From NCBI RefSeq assembly GCF_046119375.1, contig NW_027362763.1, forward strand, positions 62,558,001-62,622,000: DNA of 64,000 nucleotides. Direction: 5' to 3'. Below the pieces are notes generated by a model. The model was not told where the DNA came from. It did not search any database and saw nothing but the letters and a program-made list of their open reading frames with translations. A program made the translations under genes and the position numbers. Positions 37,871 through 53,360 of this stretch are shown in pieces. Each line of letters opens with the position of its first letter. Position 1 is the first letter of the stretch. The DNA is from Phyllobates terribilis (Eukaryota).

Positions 37871-39616
37871 GTATGGCTATGAAAAAAACTTAGTATTTAT
37901 TATTTTTAATAGCTTAAATTAAAAAACCCTACCACAAATAAAATAAAAAAAAATGATAATAAAAACCTGATTTAAACTATTTGCAAATTTGTGTGCAGTC
38001 ACCTCTTCATTCACGGTGGTATGAGATACGAACAGATCACAGAGGTGGGACCTACCACTAGCAGACATTTATGGATATACTACTTGTGTCGTAGCACTTG
38101 AACACCCCTTTAAGCATGCTCATTGCTTACCGTAGGTAACTTGGGTGGGTCTACCTGGTGCCAAGTGTCAGGTACAGTAATCCATGCCTACTGTCATGGT
38201 AGAACAAGGGCTACCAACATGGGAACCCAAAGCCTCATACATTCCCTTACCCAACAGCGGGGGCGCATTCTTAGAGCCATGCACTCAAGACTGAATTACT
38301 TTATAGGTTTCTAACCAAACCATAATTGGTTTAGAAGAAGTAACGTCTGCAGTCGTCCAGAACATTGTAATTAATTCCGCATTTACTTGAGTTTGCAGGA
38401 ATCTTTTGTGTGCTTACCCCGTACAGTACGTCATGGTGACACATACATTTGCGGTACGTGTGATCTTCAAAAACTATACGTCTTGCTTTGACAGGACTCG
38501 GTCAGACAGAGCAAAGCGACCGCCTGGCTGCAGACATACAGTAAGCAGATTTACAATAGGCAGATTATGAGTGTGGGGGGCCGTGGCTCTATGAACTGAT
38601 ATATATCATTATCTATATAATCTGCTGAGGATTGGAGTCATTCAAGATCAGATACATGTATGTACTGCTGGAAGCCACTTGCTTTAGACCCCCGATATAT
38701 TATTAGACCACCAGCTAAACTGAAGCTGCCCATACCTACTACATAGCTGTCAGCTATTATTCTTTCTGACTTCTATATAAATACTTCATTGGGTGCATGC
38801 ATTTTTATTGAAAAAGCATGAAAAATGGACCAGGCATATTGAAATTCAACATGACCAATCCATGTATTTGTTTTTTAGACTTCTGCATTTGGGAAAGTCA
38901 AGACACCCCCAATCCATATTAGATTGTTGGCAAGTCTACAGCCACGCATCTAAGTACTTGAGTACTAGAAATGGATATAGAAGAGTTGGTGGGACTCAAA
39001 TCAAATGACCCAGTCCATCACCCTGGTCAGTAATCTGTGGCAGCTGGATGGTAGCCCTTTGAATGACCTCTTATCTGACAGTATCCTCTGCTCCTTTTTT
39101 GTTTGGCCTGGCATGATGTCATCGTTGCCTTGTGTTGCATATGTGACATCTCATCAGGCCGGGTAACCAAAAGCCCGGCCTCTGCTTCCTTCACCCCAAT
39201 CCACTGCCCTCTGTTCTGCTCCACGTTGATCTTTACAGGTTGCCCGGCGTGGCTCAGTGACGTCATCTCCTTAATCATACTTGAGGTTCATTAGGACACA
39301 AATGTGTGTCTTAGGATTGAGACTCAAGACTTTCGTTTGGTGTATTCCTCCTTCTACGCACACAGTGTTTAACTTGCTTCAATACCTATTGGAGTAAACT
39401 TCGTCGTTCTGTTCACTGAATGTGCCAACTCCTCCCTTTCCTAGTGTCTCCTTGTTTGCCGGACCAACGTCCCAGGTCTGTGTGCTCACCCGGACATTAG
39501 GCTTAGAGGATCCACCTCACCAGGGCAGCCTAAACAATTGGCGAATGTCAAGTCTAGTTTTATCCCAATTTATAACTTTTTACAAAATGCTTCAGTCCGG
39601 GACTACTGAATTGTAC

Positions 39617-40689
39617 TAGGGGGGAATGTGGCACCCTGCTGTTCACAGGTACCACAGGACCCAGGGTGCATGGATGGACTTCTCCACAAGAGGCCCTCAT
39701 TACATACAAACACCTCCACCCTTCCACCTAATACCACCAGAGGGAGCCCTGTTAGGGATATATATATGGAGGGTGGAGCCAGGCAGTTCAGTTAGTCAGT
39801 CAGACAGAGTCAGAGAGTCTGAGAGCGTGCTGACGCTGAGAGTAGCGAAGACGCAGCACGTCTGCTGTTGAGTTCTGAGGGCCCCGAGTGTGGCCGACGG
39901 CAAGGAGGAGAGGAGAGAGGAGTTGAGGGGGCAGAGGAGCATCATAGGCTCACCCCCGAATATACAAACCGGACACCGGGTCCACGCCTACAGGGTCCTT
40001 TATGCCCAGCAGGGATCACCGGCATACCAGGAGGACTACAAGTCCCTGGCAGACCTGAAGCTAGACCCATTACAGTACCAGGAACCACGAAGGCCCCGGC
40101 GACCAGGGATAGTGGTTGCCAGCAGAAGGTCCCACTACCAAGCGACAGGTGAAGGAACAGCACGACACATAAGCTAGGGCCAGTTGCAGGCTGGCCAGGA
40201 GCATACAGAGAGGCAGACGCGGACCAGGAGGCCTTATACCCGCTCACTGGGGAGAAGTCCTGAAGTGCACCCTTCCTACCGAGTACCCTGGACCGTACCT
40301 GACATCAGCACCAGTAAAAGTATTGAAGCGAATCCCCTGTCTCTGTCAGTTACTCCTGCTGTGCCATCCCGCCTGCACTACAAGCCCCAGCATCACCACC
40401 CACCACCAAACTCCACACTGCCCCGGGGGCCCGCTCCACCTGTGGGGAGCAGAAACACCTCAGCTGCCATCTCATCACCCCCCCGAGGTCTGCAGCAGCG
40501 CTGGTAAACCTTATCAGGTACCACAAGTGGCGTCACAAACTATTTACTTTATTTTTATCTCTATCCAAGTTACAATCCCCTTTTTGGTTGACCACCCTGG
40601 GCCACGGACCGGGCCAGCCACTGTGACATATCCCCCCCAGCATCCATAGGCCCGGCTGCCGAGTACCCCATTGCCCCGGGGGCGCGTCA
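39617..40689 (+). mobile_element. PPT plus 3' LTR (39627-40689, 1,063 bp) of a diverged relative of the cold-shock-domain element; rest of the element not recognisable
   Basis: AGGGGGGAA|TGTGGCACCC ... GGGGGCGCGTCA termini match the other family; a subterminal block (CCCTGGGC(C)ACGG(G/A)CCGGG) is also shared. Confidence 0.8.
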
Positions 40690-41321
40690 ACTGTCCTCAG
40701 GTACTGAAGATCAATGCCCATTGAAGTGAATGAGCTGCAGTACCCAAGAACGGCCATTACACAGTGTACAGAGCTATGCAGTCCTGCCTCCATACACTAT
40801 TTACTTCTGACCATAGTTATTCCAGCTTTTGGAAAATCCCAGACAACCCCTTTAAGATCTGCTGAACCCCATTAACCATCCAACATATTGCGATGGAAAC
40901 CTACGAAGCAGAACTTGTACAGAGGACACGCTGGAGGCTCATTCATTACAATTAATGCTTGTTTTCATGTTCCAGATTAACAGTCTAATTGGGGAGTTGT
41001 ATATTAAGTTCTGGAATCGCTCGGAGTTTATAAACTATGGTCAGGAAGTCGCGCAAAAACAAAAGCTTACACTAGATTATATCGATGAAATGCTCAAATT
41101 AAACACTGAAAAGGAAGAGTAAACAAGAAAATAGGGAAATTCTGTGAGGAGATGTCCATAATATGAGCTCAGACAGACACAGGTCTAGTGCTTCACCCTA
41201 TAGGAAAGGAGAATTACAGCTGAATATTGCACACATTTACTTAAAGACTTTGCCAATGTATCAGTACTTTAACACTTTATGAATTGGGAACCTGATTTTG
41301 TGGCACTTTGTAATATATTAC

Positions 41322-44300
41322 ATGTATTACAGGTTCTCCTTCTCACTAATATATAAGTATTACAGGTTCTCCTTCTCACTAATATATAAGTATTACAGGT
41401 TCTCCTCACTAATATATAAGTATTACAGGTTCTCCTTCTCACTAATATATAAGTATTACAGGTTCTCCTTCTCACTAATATATAAGTATTACAGGTTCTC
41501 CTTCTCACTAATATATAAGTATTACAGGTTCTCCTCACTAATATATAAGTATTACAGGTTCTCCTCCTTACTAATAGATAAGTATTACAGGTTCTCCTCC
41601 TTACTAATAGATAAGTATTACAGGTTCTCCTCCTTACTAATATATAAGTATTACAGGTTCTCCTCCTTACTAATAGATAAGTATTACAGGTTCTCCTCCT
41701 TACTAATATATAAGTATTACAGGTTCTCTTCCTTACTAATATATAAGTATTACAGGTTCTCTACCTTACTAATATATAAGTAGTACAGGTTCTCCTCCTT
41801 ACTAATATATATGTATTGCAGGTTCTCCTCCTTACTAATATATAAGTATTACAGGTTCTCCTCCTTACTAATATATAAGTATTGCAGATTCTCCTCCTTA
41901 CTAATATATAAGTATTGCAGATACTCCTCCTTACTAATATATAAATATTTCAGGTTCTCCTCCTTACTAATATATAAGTATTACAGGTTCTCCTCCTTAC
42001 TAATATTTAAGTATTACAGGTTCTCTTCCTTACTAATATATATTACATGTTCTCCTCCTTACTAATATATAAGTATTACAGGTTCTCCTCCTTACTAATA
42101 TATAAGTAGTACAGGTTCTCCTCCTTACTAATAAATAAGTATTACAGGTCCTCCTCCTTAATAATATATAAGTATTACAGGTTCTCTTCCTTACTAATAT
42201 ATAAGTATTACAGGTTCTCTACCTTACTAATATATAAGTAGTACAGGTTCTCCTCCTTACTAATATATATGTATTGCAGGTTCTCCTCCTTACTAATATA
42301 TAAGTATTACAGGTTCTCCTCCTTACTAATATATAAGTATTGCAGATTCTCCTCCTTACTAATATATAAATATTTCAGGTTCTCCTCCTTACTAATTTAT
42401 AAGTATTACAGGTTCTCCTTCTCACTAATATATAAGTATTACATGTTCTCCTTCTCACTAATATATAAGTATTACAGGTTCTCCTCCTTACTAATATATA
42501 AGTATTACAGGTTCTCCTCCTTACTAATATATAAGTATTACAGGTTCTCCTCCTTTCTAATATATAAGTATTACAGGTTCTCCTCCTTCTTACTAATATA
42601 TAAGTATTACAGGTTCTCATCCTTACTAATATATAAATATTTCAGGTTCTCCTCCTTACTAATTTATAAGTATTACAGGTTCTCCTTCTCACTAATATAT
42701 AAGTATTACATGTTCTCCGTCTCACTAATATATAAGTATTACAGGTTCTCCTCCTTACTAATATATAAGTATTACAGGTTCTCCTCCTTACTAATATATA
42801 AGTATTACAGGTTCTCCTCCTTTCTAATATATAAGTGTTACAGGTTCTCCTCCTTCTTACTAATATATAAGTATTACAGGTTCTCATCCTTACTAATATA
42901 TAAGTATTGCAGATACTCCTCCTTACTAATATATAAATATTTCAGGTTCTCCTCCTTACTAATATATAAGTATTACAGGTTCTCCTCCTTACTAATATTT
43001 AAGTATTACAGGTTCTCTTCCTTACTAATATATATTACATGTTCTCCTCCTTACTAATATATAAGTATTACAGGTTCTCCTCCTTACTAATATATAAGTA
43101 GTACAGGTTCTCCTCCTTACTAATAAATAAGTATTACAGGTCCTCCTCCTTAATAATATATAAGTATTACAGGTTCTCTTCCTTACTAATATATAAGTAT
43201 TACAGCTCCTTCTTCTTATTAATATATAAGTATTACAGGTTCTTCCCCTTCTTACTAATATATAAGTATTACAGGTTCTCCTCCTTACTAATAAATAAGT
43301 ATTACATATTCTACTCCTTACTAATATATAAGTATTACAGATTCTCCTCCTTACTAATATATAAGTATTACAGGTTTTCCTCCTTACTAATAAATAAGTA
43401 TTACAGGTTCTCTTCCTTACTAATATATAAGTATTACAGGTTCTCCTCCTTACTAATAAATAAGTATTACATATTCTACTCCTTACTAATATATAAGTAT
43501 TACAGATTCTCCTCCTTACTAATAGATAAGTATTACTGGTTCTCCTCCTTTCTAATATATACTGTAAGTGTTACAGGTTCTCCTCCTTCTTACTAATATA
43601 TAAGTATTACATATTCTCCTCCTTACTAATATATAAGTATTACAGATTCTCCTCCTTACTAATATATAAGTAGTACAGGTTCTCCTCCTTACTAATATAT
43701 AAGTAGTACAGGTTCTCCTCCTTACTAATATATAAGTATTGCAGGTTCTCCTCCTTACTAATATATAAATCTTTCAGGTTCTCCTCCTTACTAATATATA
43801 AATCTTTCAGGTTCTCTTCCTTACTAATATATAAGTATTACAGGTTTTCCTCCTTACTAATAAATAAGTATTACAGGTTCTCTTCCTTACTAATATATAA
43901 GTATTACAGGTTCTCCTCCTTACTAATAAATAAGTATTACATATTCTACTCCTTACTAATATATAAGTATTACAGATTCTCCTCCTTACTAATAGATAAG
44001 TATTACAGGTTCTCCTCCTTTCTAATATATACTGTAAGTGTTACAGGTTCTCCTCCTTCTTACTAATATATAAGTATTACATATTCTCCTCCTTACTAAT
44101 ATATAAGTATTACAGGTTCTCCTCCTTACTAATATATAAATATTACAGGTTCTCCTCCTTACTAATATATAAGTATTACAGGTTCTCCTCCTTACTAATA
44201 TATAAGTATTACAGGTTCTCCTCCTTACTAATATATAAGTATTACAGATTCTCCTCCTTACTAATATATAAGTATTGCAGGTTCTCCTCCTTACTAATAT

Positions 44301-45018
44301 ATAAGTATTACAGGTTCTCCTCCTTACTAATATATAAGTATTACAGGTTCTCCTCCTTACTAATATTTAAGTATTACAGGTTCTCCTCCTTACTAATATA
44401 TAAGTATTACAGGTTCTCCTCCTTACTAATATATAAGTATTACAGGTTCTCCTCCTTACTAATATATAAGTATTACAGGTTCTCCTCCTTACTAATAGAT
44501 AAGTATTACAGGTTCTCCTCCTTACTAATAGATAAGTATTACAGGTTCTCCTCCTTACTAATATATAAGTATTACAGGTTCTCCTCCTTACTAATATATA
44601 AGTATTACAGGTTCTCCTCCTTACTAATATATAAGTATTACAGGTTCTCTTCCTTACTAATATATAAGTATTACAGGTTCTCCTCCTTACTAATATATAA
44701 GTATTACAGGTTCTCCTCCTTACTAATATTTAAGTATTACAGGTTCTGTTCCTTACTAATATATAAGTATTACAGGTTCTCCTCCTTACTAATATATTAA
44801 TATATAATTATTACAGTTTCTCCTCCTTACTAATATATTAATATATAAGTATTGCAGGTTCTCCTCCTTACTAATATATAAGTATTACATGTTCTCCTCC
44901 TTACTAATATATAAGTATTACAGGTTCTCCTCCTTACTAATATATTAATATATAAGTATTGCAGGCTCTCCTCCTTACTAATATGTAAGTATTACATGTT
45001 CTCCTCCTTACTAATATA
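41322..45018. repeat. Large minisatellite, ~33 bp unit TATTACAGGTTCTCCTCCTTACTAATATATAAG (~3.7 kb)
   Basis: About 110 copies, with block duplications (identical ORF-track peptides offset by 267 bp). Confidence 0.97.
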
Positions 45019-45625
45019 ATGTGTTCTGTGCAGTGACAGATCACACTTCTCTATTTGGCGTATGATGGACAAGTCTGGGTTCGTGCCTACTGTATAGATG
45101 GTGGAGGAGGATGATGCTGTGGGCTGTTATCAGGGGTTGGTCTAGGCCCCTTAGTTCCATTGAAGGGAAATTTTAATGCTTCAGCACAAGACATTTTGGA
45201 CAATAGTAGCTTCCAGCTTTATGGGAACAGTTTGGGGAAGGCCCTTTTTTTGTCCCTAGTGACTGTCTTCAGTGTACAAGGTCCATACAGATGCGGTTTG
45301 AAGGAGTTCGGTGTGGAAGAACATGGCCGGACGCACAAAGCCCGGACCTCAGCCCCATCCAACACCTCTGGGAAGAACTAGAACGGAGATTGTGAGCCCG
45401 GCCTCTCCAAACATCAGGGTCTGACCTCACAAATGCTCTTTTGGGTGAAGGGACAAGAATTGCCACAAACACCTCAAAATCTTGTAGAACGTCTTCTCAT
45501 AAGAGTGAGAGCTGTCCTATCCCCAGAGGGGCCGACTCCATATTAATGTCTATGGATGTAGAATGAGAGGTCAGAAAAGTTGCTGGAGTTGTAATGCGGA
45601 GGGAGCACATACTTTTATCCATGTA
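45019..45625 (+). pseudogene. 3' half of a decayed Tc1 element, same family as 23900-25297
   Basis: TGTTCTGTGCAGTGAC.GATCACAC..., KGNFNASAQDILDNS and a matching 3' end. Confidence 0.8.
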
Positions 45626-46069
45626 TGTTCATGTTGCCTATAGAATTATATAGGCCCTATACTTGATACTTGTATTATGTATGAATCCATACAATCATTA
45701 TGCCATGCTCAATCACCTGCTGAATTATGTAGGATTTCGTCCCTGGAATAATTGCTGGGTGCCTTGTGGCTTTTCCACATCTAGAGTTGTTCCCATCTCA
45801 CTAAGTGATGGAATATCACTAGAATATTGCTGATGGTTTGCCCTCTGGTACCTCCACAGATCCTGCGAATGATGAGGACACTGCGCTGATTCAGTACAGG
45901 GGTGTTTCCGGCCCACTGCTTCAACGTGACTCCATTCATGGGAATAGTGCCAGGGGCAGTTCCCTGCACATTCGAGTGGCCACATTCACTAGTATGCAGA
46001 GACATAGCACTGAATCAAGGCTGTGGCCCCTTCATTCTCATGACTAGTGATTCCAGAGGTGCCCGAGAT

Positions 46070-46897
46070 GGTGGCATTATTACTGAAAGGGGTCAGGACG
46101 GGAGACATTATTACTGAAAGGGGCCAGGATGGGGACATTATTACTGGAAGGGGCTAGGACGGGGGACATTATTAATGGAAGGGGCCAGGACGGGGGCCAT
46201 TATTGTTGGAAGGGGCCAGGACGGGGGCCATTATTACAGGAATGGGCCAGGACGGGGCCCATTATTACAGGAAGAGGCCAGGACGGGAGACATTATTATT
46301 GAAAGGGGCCAGGATGGGGACATTATTACTGGAAGGGGCTAGGACGGGGGACATTATTAATGGAAGGGGCCAGGATGGGGGCCATTATTGTTGGAAGGGG
46401 CCAGGACGGGGGCCATTATTACAGGAATGGGCCAGGACGGGAGACATTATTGTTGGAACGGGCAGGACGGGGGGCTATTATTAATGGAAGGGGCCAGGAT
46501 GAAGGACATTATTCCTGGAAGGGGCCCAGGATAGGGGACATTATTACTGGAAGGGGTCAGGACGAGGGACATTGTTACTCGAACGGGCCAGGACGGTCGA
46601 CATTGTTGCTGGAAGGGGCCAGGATGGGAGGCATTATTACTGGAAGGGGCCAGGATGGGGGCCATTATTACTGGAAGGGGCCAGAATGGGGGCCATTATT
46701 ACTGGAGGGGGCCCAGGATAGGGGAAATGATTACAGGGGAAACAGCCGGGACAGGGGACATTACTTCATGGGGGGCAACACATATGTCTTTATAGGATCT
46801 AACATGCTACAAGGGTCCATCCATCTGACCAACATGTAGGCGGAGGCCTTAGTCTAAATTTGGCACCAGGGCCCATTGGACTCTAGTTACATCACTG
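46070..46897 (+). mobile_element. Second, 5'-truncated copy of the minisatellite-bearing hAT-like element
   Basis: GGAAGGGGCCAGGACGGGGGACATTATTACT array, then the same tail (ATGTCTTTATAGGATCTA...CATCTGACCAACATG...CTAGTTACATCACTG). Confidence 0.75.
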
Positions 46898-48773
46898 ATT
46901 GTAACAAACACAGTCATACCTCCTGCTCGGGCTCGGAGTGGCAGTGTGGCCTGCAATGGCGCAGCAGCATTTTTACTTTCGGCTTGCTTACATGCATACA
47001 CAGCAGTGCCGTACATACGAGCTAAGCGGCTGGTCACTCATGGGTGAGGCCTGTCAGGGTGGCTTCCACCTCATCAGTGGCAGTGAATCTGCTGTCATCT
47101 CTTGGCTTACTTGCACGCACAGCACTGCATTCTTGACGACAGGCGACACTATCAGCACCTTTTTACATATGGAAGTAGTGGTATAGCCATATAATTGTTT
47201 ATTTCTCCAATAAAAATGATCCCTTTTTTTTTGTAGAAATCCAATGTGTCAGTCATAGTGTAGAAGCCAAACGCCAATCATGGTGGAAGTGCACTGGGGG
47301 CGTGTCAATGCACTGGAAAACAGACACGCCCCCTACTCTGATTTGCATATGGCTTCTATGATAGATTTCTCATGACTGGCACATCGGATCTTGTGAAAAA
47401 TGGTATCATTGTTGGAAGAGAAAAGGCTAAGTAAAAATGTGGGTCCCTGTAACATATGCGGACCTTAGCCAGAGGGGGTTACTGTAATAAAGTATTCTTG
47501 GGTATATTGTGCCTGAGGGAGAGGTGCCTGGTGCAGAGTTTGCTCTAGTATTCTAGTCGCGCTACTGAACAGAGTGTCGACAGGAGATAAGCGGCAGCAC
47601 GGAGGAGGTGGGGGGATCGCATCTTACTGCAGCCTGGACTGGGTTGCTTTGTTTGGCATCCCTTAGCCGTGTGATGATGAAGAAGTGGGACGCGCTGCGG
47701 CTTCCTCTTCCCCTATTCCCATGGTGTAAAATACTCTGGGCCATTTGCAATACACGACTTCCTCTTTCTTTGCGTCTTGGTTGATAAAGAAAATTTGTCC
47801 CAAGTCTCTTTGTCAGACGAGACGCTACCTTTCACATCACTGTCTGAGTCTCAGATGACTCATCTGCAAATAAGGGGATGATAATCCCCCGTATAGAAGT
47901 GTTTAATATGAAGCCAAGAAATCAGACCTTACTCAGACATGTACTCAACTTTTTTTTTTAAAGCTCCTGCATAAAATATTTTGCCTTTATATTCCTGCAA
48001 CTTTTCTATGTATCAAGTTCATTACATGCAATATTTGGAATTATTTTACCCCTAGTAACCCAAGCTGCACCCCACAGAAGGCAAAATGCCAGGTCTGGCC
48101 TTGTGATATGCAGTCATGCCCAACTCACGCAATCTTCCCTCTTTTTACTTTTTGTAGTTTGCTTTATCATTTATGGAGTTTGGTGATTACTAAGGATCAT
48201 GTGAGGTTGAGATTGTCATTGCAGAACATCTCAATGGGATATCACTGCTTCCCATCACACCAAAAGTAGTAGTATTTAGATCTAAGTACCAAAGCAGTAC
48301 CCAATAACGTCAAAGTAATGATGGCCGACACGTGGTTTATGAGCTGCTTGAACTATGCATGCGAAACAATTCATGTAAATGGTTTATTGTTAGAGATGAG
48401 CGAATCCAAACTCTAAAGTTCGGGGTTCGTACCTGGCACCTGGTGTCCGGTGCTGAACTTCGAACACAGACTTCTCCTGGAGGTCCGTCTTACAGTTCGG
48501 GGAAGAGAGAGAAAGAGAGAGATAGAGAGAGAAAGATATATAGAGAGAGAGAAAGAGAGAGAGAGAAAAAGCGAGAGAAAGATATATAGAGAGAGAGAAN
48601 NNNNNNNNNNNNNNNNNNNNNNNNNNNNNNNNNNNNNNNNNNNNNNNNNNNNNNNNNNNNNNNNNNNNNNNNNNNNNNNNNNNNNNNNNNNNNNNNNNNN
48701 NNNNNNNNNNNNNNNNNNNNNNNNNNNNNNNNNNNNNNNNNNNNNNNNNNNNNNNNNNNNNNGACAGAGAAAG

Positions 48774-48808
<35 letters not shown>

Positions 48809-48889
48809 TAAAGAGAGAGGTATATATAGACAGAGAAAGAGAGAGAGAAAAAGAGATATATAAATAGAGAGAGAAAGAGATATAGAGAA

Positions 48890-48934
<45 letters not shown>

Positions 48935-49456
48935 ACGAGAGAGAGATATAGAGAGAGACATATAGAGAGAAAGAGAAAGGTATATATAGAGAGAAGGAGA
49001 GAGATAAAGAGAGAGGTATATATAGACAGAGAAAGAGAGAGAGAAAAAGAGATATATATATACAGAGAGAGAAAGAGAGATAGATAGAGAGAGAAAAATA
49101 TATATATATAAATATAGAGAGAGAGAACGAGAGAGATATATAGAGAGAAAGAGAGAGGTATATAGAGAGAGAAAGAGAGAGAGATTGAGAAACGTATATA
49201 TAGAGATAAAGGGATAGNNNNNNNNNNNNNNNNNNNNNNNNNNNNNNNNNNNNNNNNNNNNNNNNNNNNNNNNNNNNNNNNNNNNNNNNNNNNNNNNNNN
49301 NNNNNNNNNNNNNNNNNNNNNNNNNNNNNNNNNNNNNNNNNNNNNNNNNNNNNNNNNNNNNNNNNNNNNNNNNNNNNNNNNNNNNNNNNNNNNNNNNNNN
49401 NNNNNNNNNNNNNNNNNNNNNNNNNNNNNNNNNNNNNNNNNNNNNNNNNNNNNNNN

Positions 49457-51019
<1,563 letters not shown>

Positions 51020-51558
51020 NNNNNNNNNNNNNNNNNNNNNNNNNNNNNNNNNNNNNNNNNNNNNNNNNNNNNNNNNNNNNNNNNNNNNNNNNNNNNNNNN
51101 NNNNNNNNNNNNNNNNNNNNNNNNNNNNNNNNNNNNNNNNNNNNNNNNNNNNNNNNNNNNNNNNNNNNNNNNNNNNNNNNNNNNNNNNNNNNNNNNNNNN
51201 NNNNNNNNNNNNNNNNNNNNNNNNNNNNNNNNNNNNNNNNNNNNNNNNNNNNNNNNNNNNNNNNNNNNNNNNNNNNNNNNNNNNNNNNNNNNNNNNNNNN
51301 NNNNNNNNNNNNNNNNNNNNNNNNNNNNNNNNNNNNNNNNNNNNNNNNNNNNNNNNNNNNNNNNNNNNNNNNNNNNNNNNNNNNNNNNNNNNNNNNNNNN
51401 NNNNNNNNNNNNNNNNNNNNNNNNNNNNNNNNNNNNNNNNNNNNNNNNNNNNNNNNNNNNNNNNNNNNNNNNNNNNNNNNNNNNNNNNATAAAGGGATAG
51501 AGAGAGAAAGAGAGATATATAGAGAAAGATATATATATATAGAGAGAGAAAGAGAGAG

Positions 51559-51591
<33 letters not shown>

Positions 51592-51605
51592 AAGAGATAT
51601 ATATA

Positions 51606-51670
51606 CAGTACAGACCAAAAGTTTGGACACACCTTCTCATTTAAAGATTTTTCTGTATTTTCATGACTGA
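51606..51670 (+). mobile_element. Isolated terminal fragment of another Tc1 family (TA|CAGTACAGACCAAAAGTTTGGACACACC)
   Basis: Typical Tc1 end at a TA; no interior follows. Confidence 0.65.
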
Positions 51671-52369
51671 AAAACATTTATTTAACTGAATAACATTTTA
51701 CGTGGCTGGTTAGGAAGGGAGTTTACTCATACATAGGTGAATACTGCTGGATTGGAGGGCATGGGGGACCTGACAGGTTCCCTTTAATTGCATGGTACTG
51801 TGATCACACAAATTCATTTTCTATATACTGTATATATATATAGAGAGAGAAAGATATATATAGAGAGAGAGAGATAAAGAGAGAGGTATATATATATATA
51901 TATAGAGAGAGAATGATATATATAGACAGAGAGAGATAAAGAGAGCGAAAGATAGAGAAAGATATATATATAGAGAGAGAGAGAGAAAGAGAGAGGTATA
52001 TATATATAGAGAGAATTATATATATAGACAGAGAGAGATAAAGAGAGCGAAAGATAGAGAAAGATATATATAGAGAGAGAGAGAAAGAGAGAGATATATA
52101 TATAGAGAGAGAGAAAGAGAGAGATATAAAGAGAGAAAGAGAGATACCAGTATATAGAGAGAGAAAGAGAGGGAGATTTTCCAGCACCAAAGTTCGGGTC
52201 ACCATTGATTTCTATGCGGTTCGAGTTCAGGTTCAAGTTCAGGAACAGTTCCCAGAGGAACTAGTTCCACAGGTCCACTCATCCCTATTCACTGTCATTT
52301 TAACAAACTTTGCAAAAATCAACAGAACCATTGAATAAAATACTGATACATTTTATTAGAGTCATGCTG

Positions 52370-53360
52370 TCCAAATAATGGGCATCTTTACATCGACCAA
52401 GAAGAAACAGTCTGAATGGAACACGGCACGATTCAAAGTAGAGCGAGGCGTCAGACAAGGCTGCATCCTGTCACCATTTCTCTTCAATTTATATGCAGAA
52501 GCTATTTTCGGGAAGGCTGGACTTCCGGAAAAAGAAGAAGGAATCAAAATTGCTGGAAGAGTCATCAACAGTCTTAAAAACGCAGACGATAACAACATTG
52601 ATAACACAAAGTGTAGATTTAATGAAGGACTTATTACGGAGTGTGAAGATGGAAAGTTCAAACATCGGACTGCTACTCAACACAAAGAAGACAAAGATAT
52701 TGACTACTGGCAGGTATGACCGGGACATATTTGAGATAGACGGTGAAGAACTGGAAGTTGTAAATGACTTCGATCTACTCGGATCAATTATCACTCAAGA
52801 TGCAGCGACAACACCGGGAGTCAATAGGAGAATAGCTGTGGGCAAATCCACAATGAAGTCACTGGACAAGGTCTTCAAATCGAGGAACATTTCACTGGGA
52901 CAAAGACACGGCTCGTGCATAGTCTGATCTTTTCTGTAGTAACATATGGATGTGAAACCTGGACCATAAAAAAATAAGACAGAAGAAGAATTGACGCCTT
53001 CGAAATATTGTGCTGGAGAAAGATGTTATCAACACCATGGATGGCAAGAAGAACAATTTTGGAACAAATCAAGCCAGACATGTCACTCGCAGCAAGGATC
53101 ACCAAGCTACGACTTGCCTAATTTGGACACATCATACGAAGAGAGAAATCACTGGAGAATGACCTCAAGGTCAGAAGAATAGAAGGAACAAGGCGAAGAG
53201 GAAGACCAACAACCTGATGGATTGATACTATGAAGATAACGGCGAAGAAGATCCTGGTGGACCTATCTAGGCTTCCACAAGATCGATCTTCCTACAGTTT
53301 GTTCATCCATCAAGTCGCCATAAATGGAGATTGAGCCGAAGGCCGTTAAATAATAAGTAA
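52370..53360 (+). pseudogene. 5'-truncated, frameshifted RTE-clade (BovB-related) LINE: RT C-terminal half and 3' end
   Basis: GVRQGCILSPFLFNLYAE...GIKIAGRVINSLKNADD (YADD decayed), LLNTKKTKI, YGCETWT and RIDAFE in broken frames; TAA-rich tail near 53350. Confidence 0.85.
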
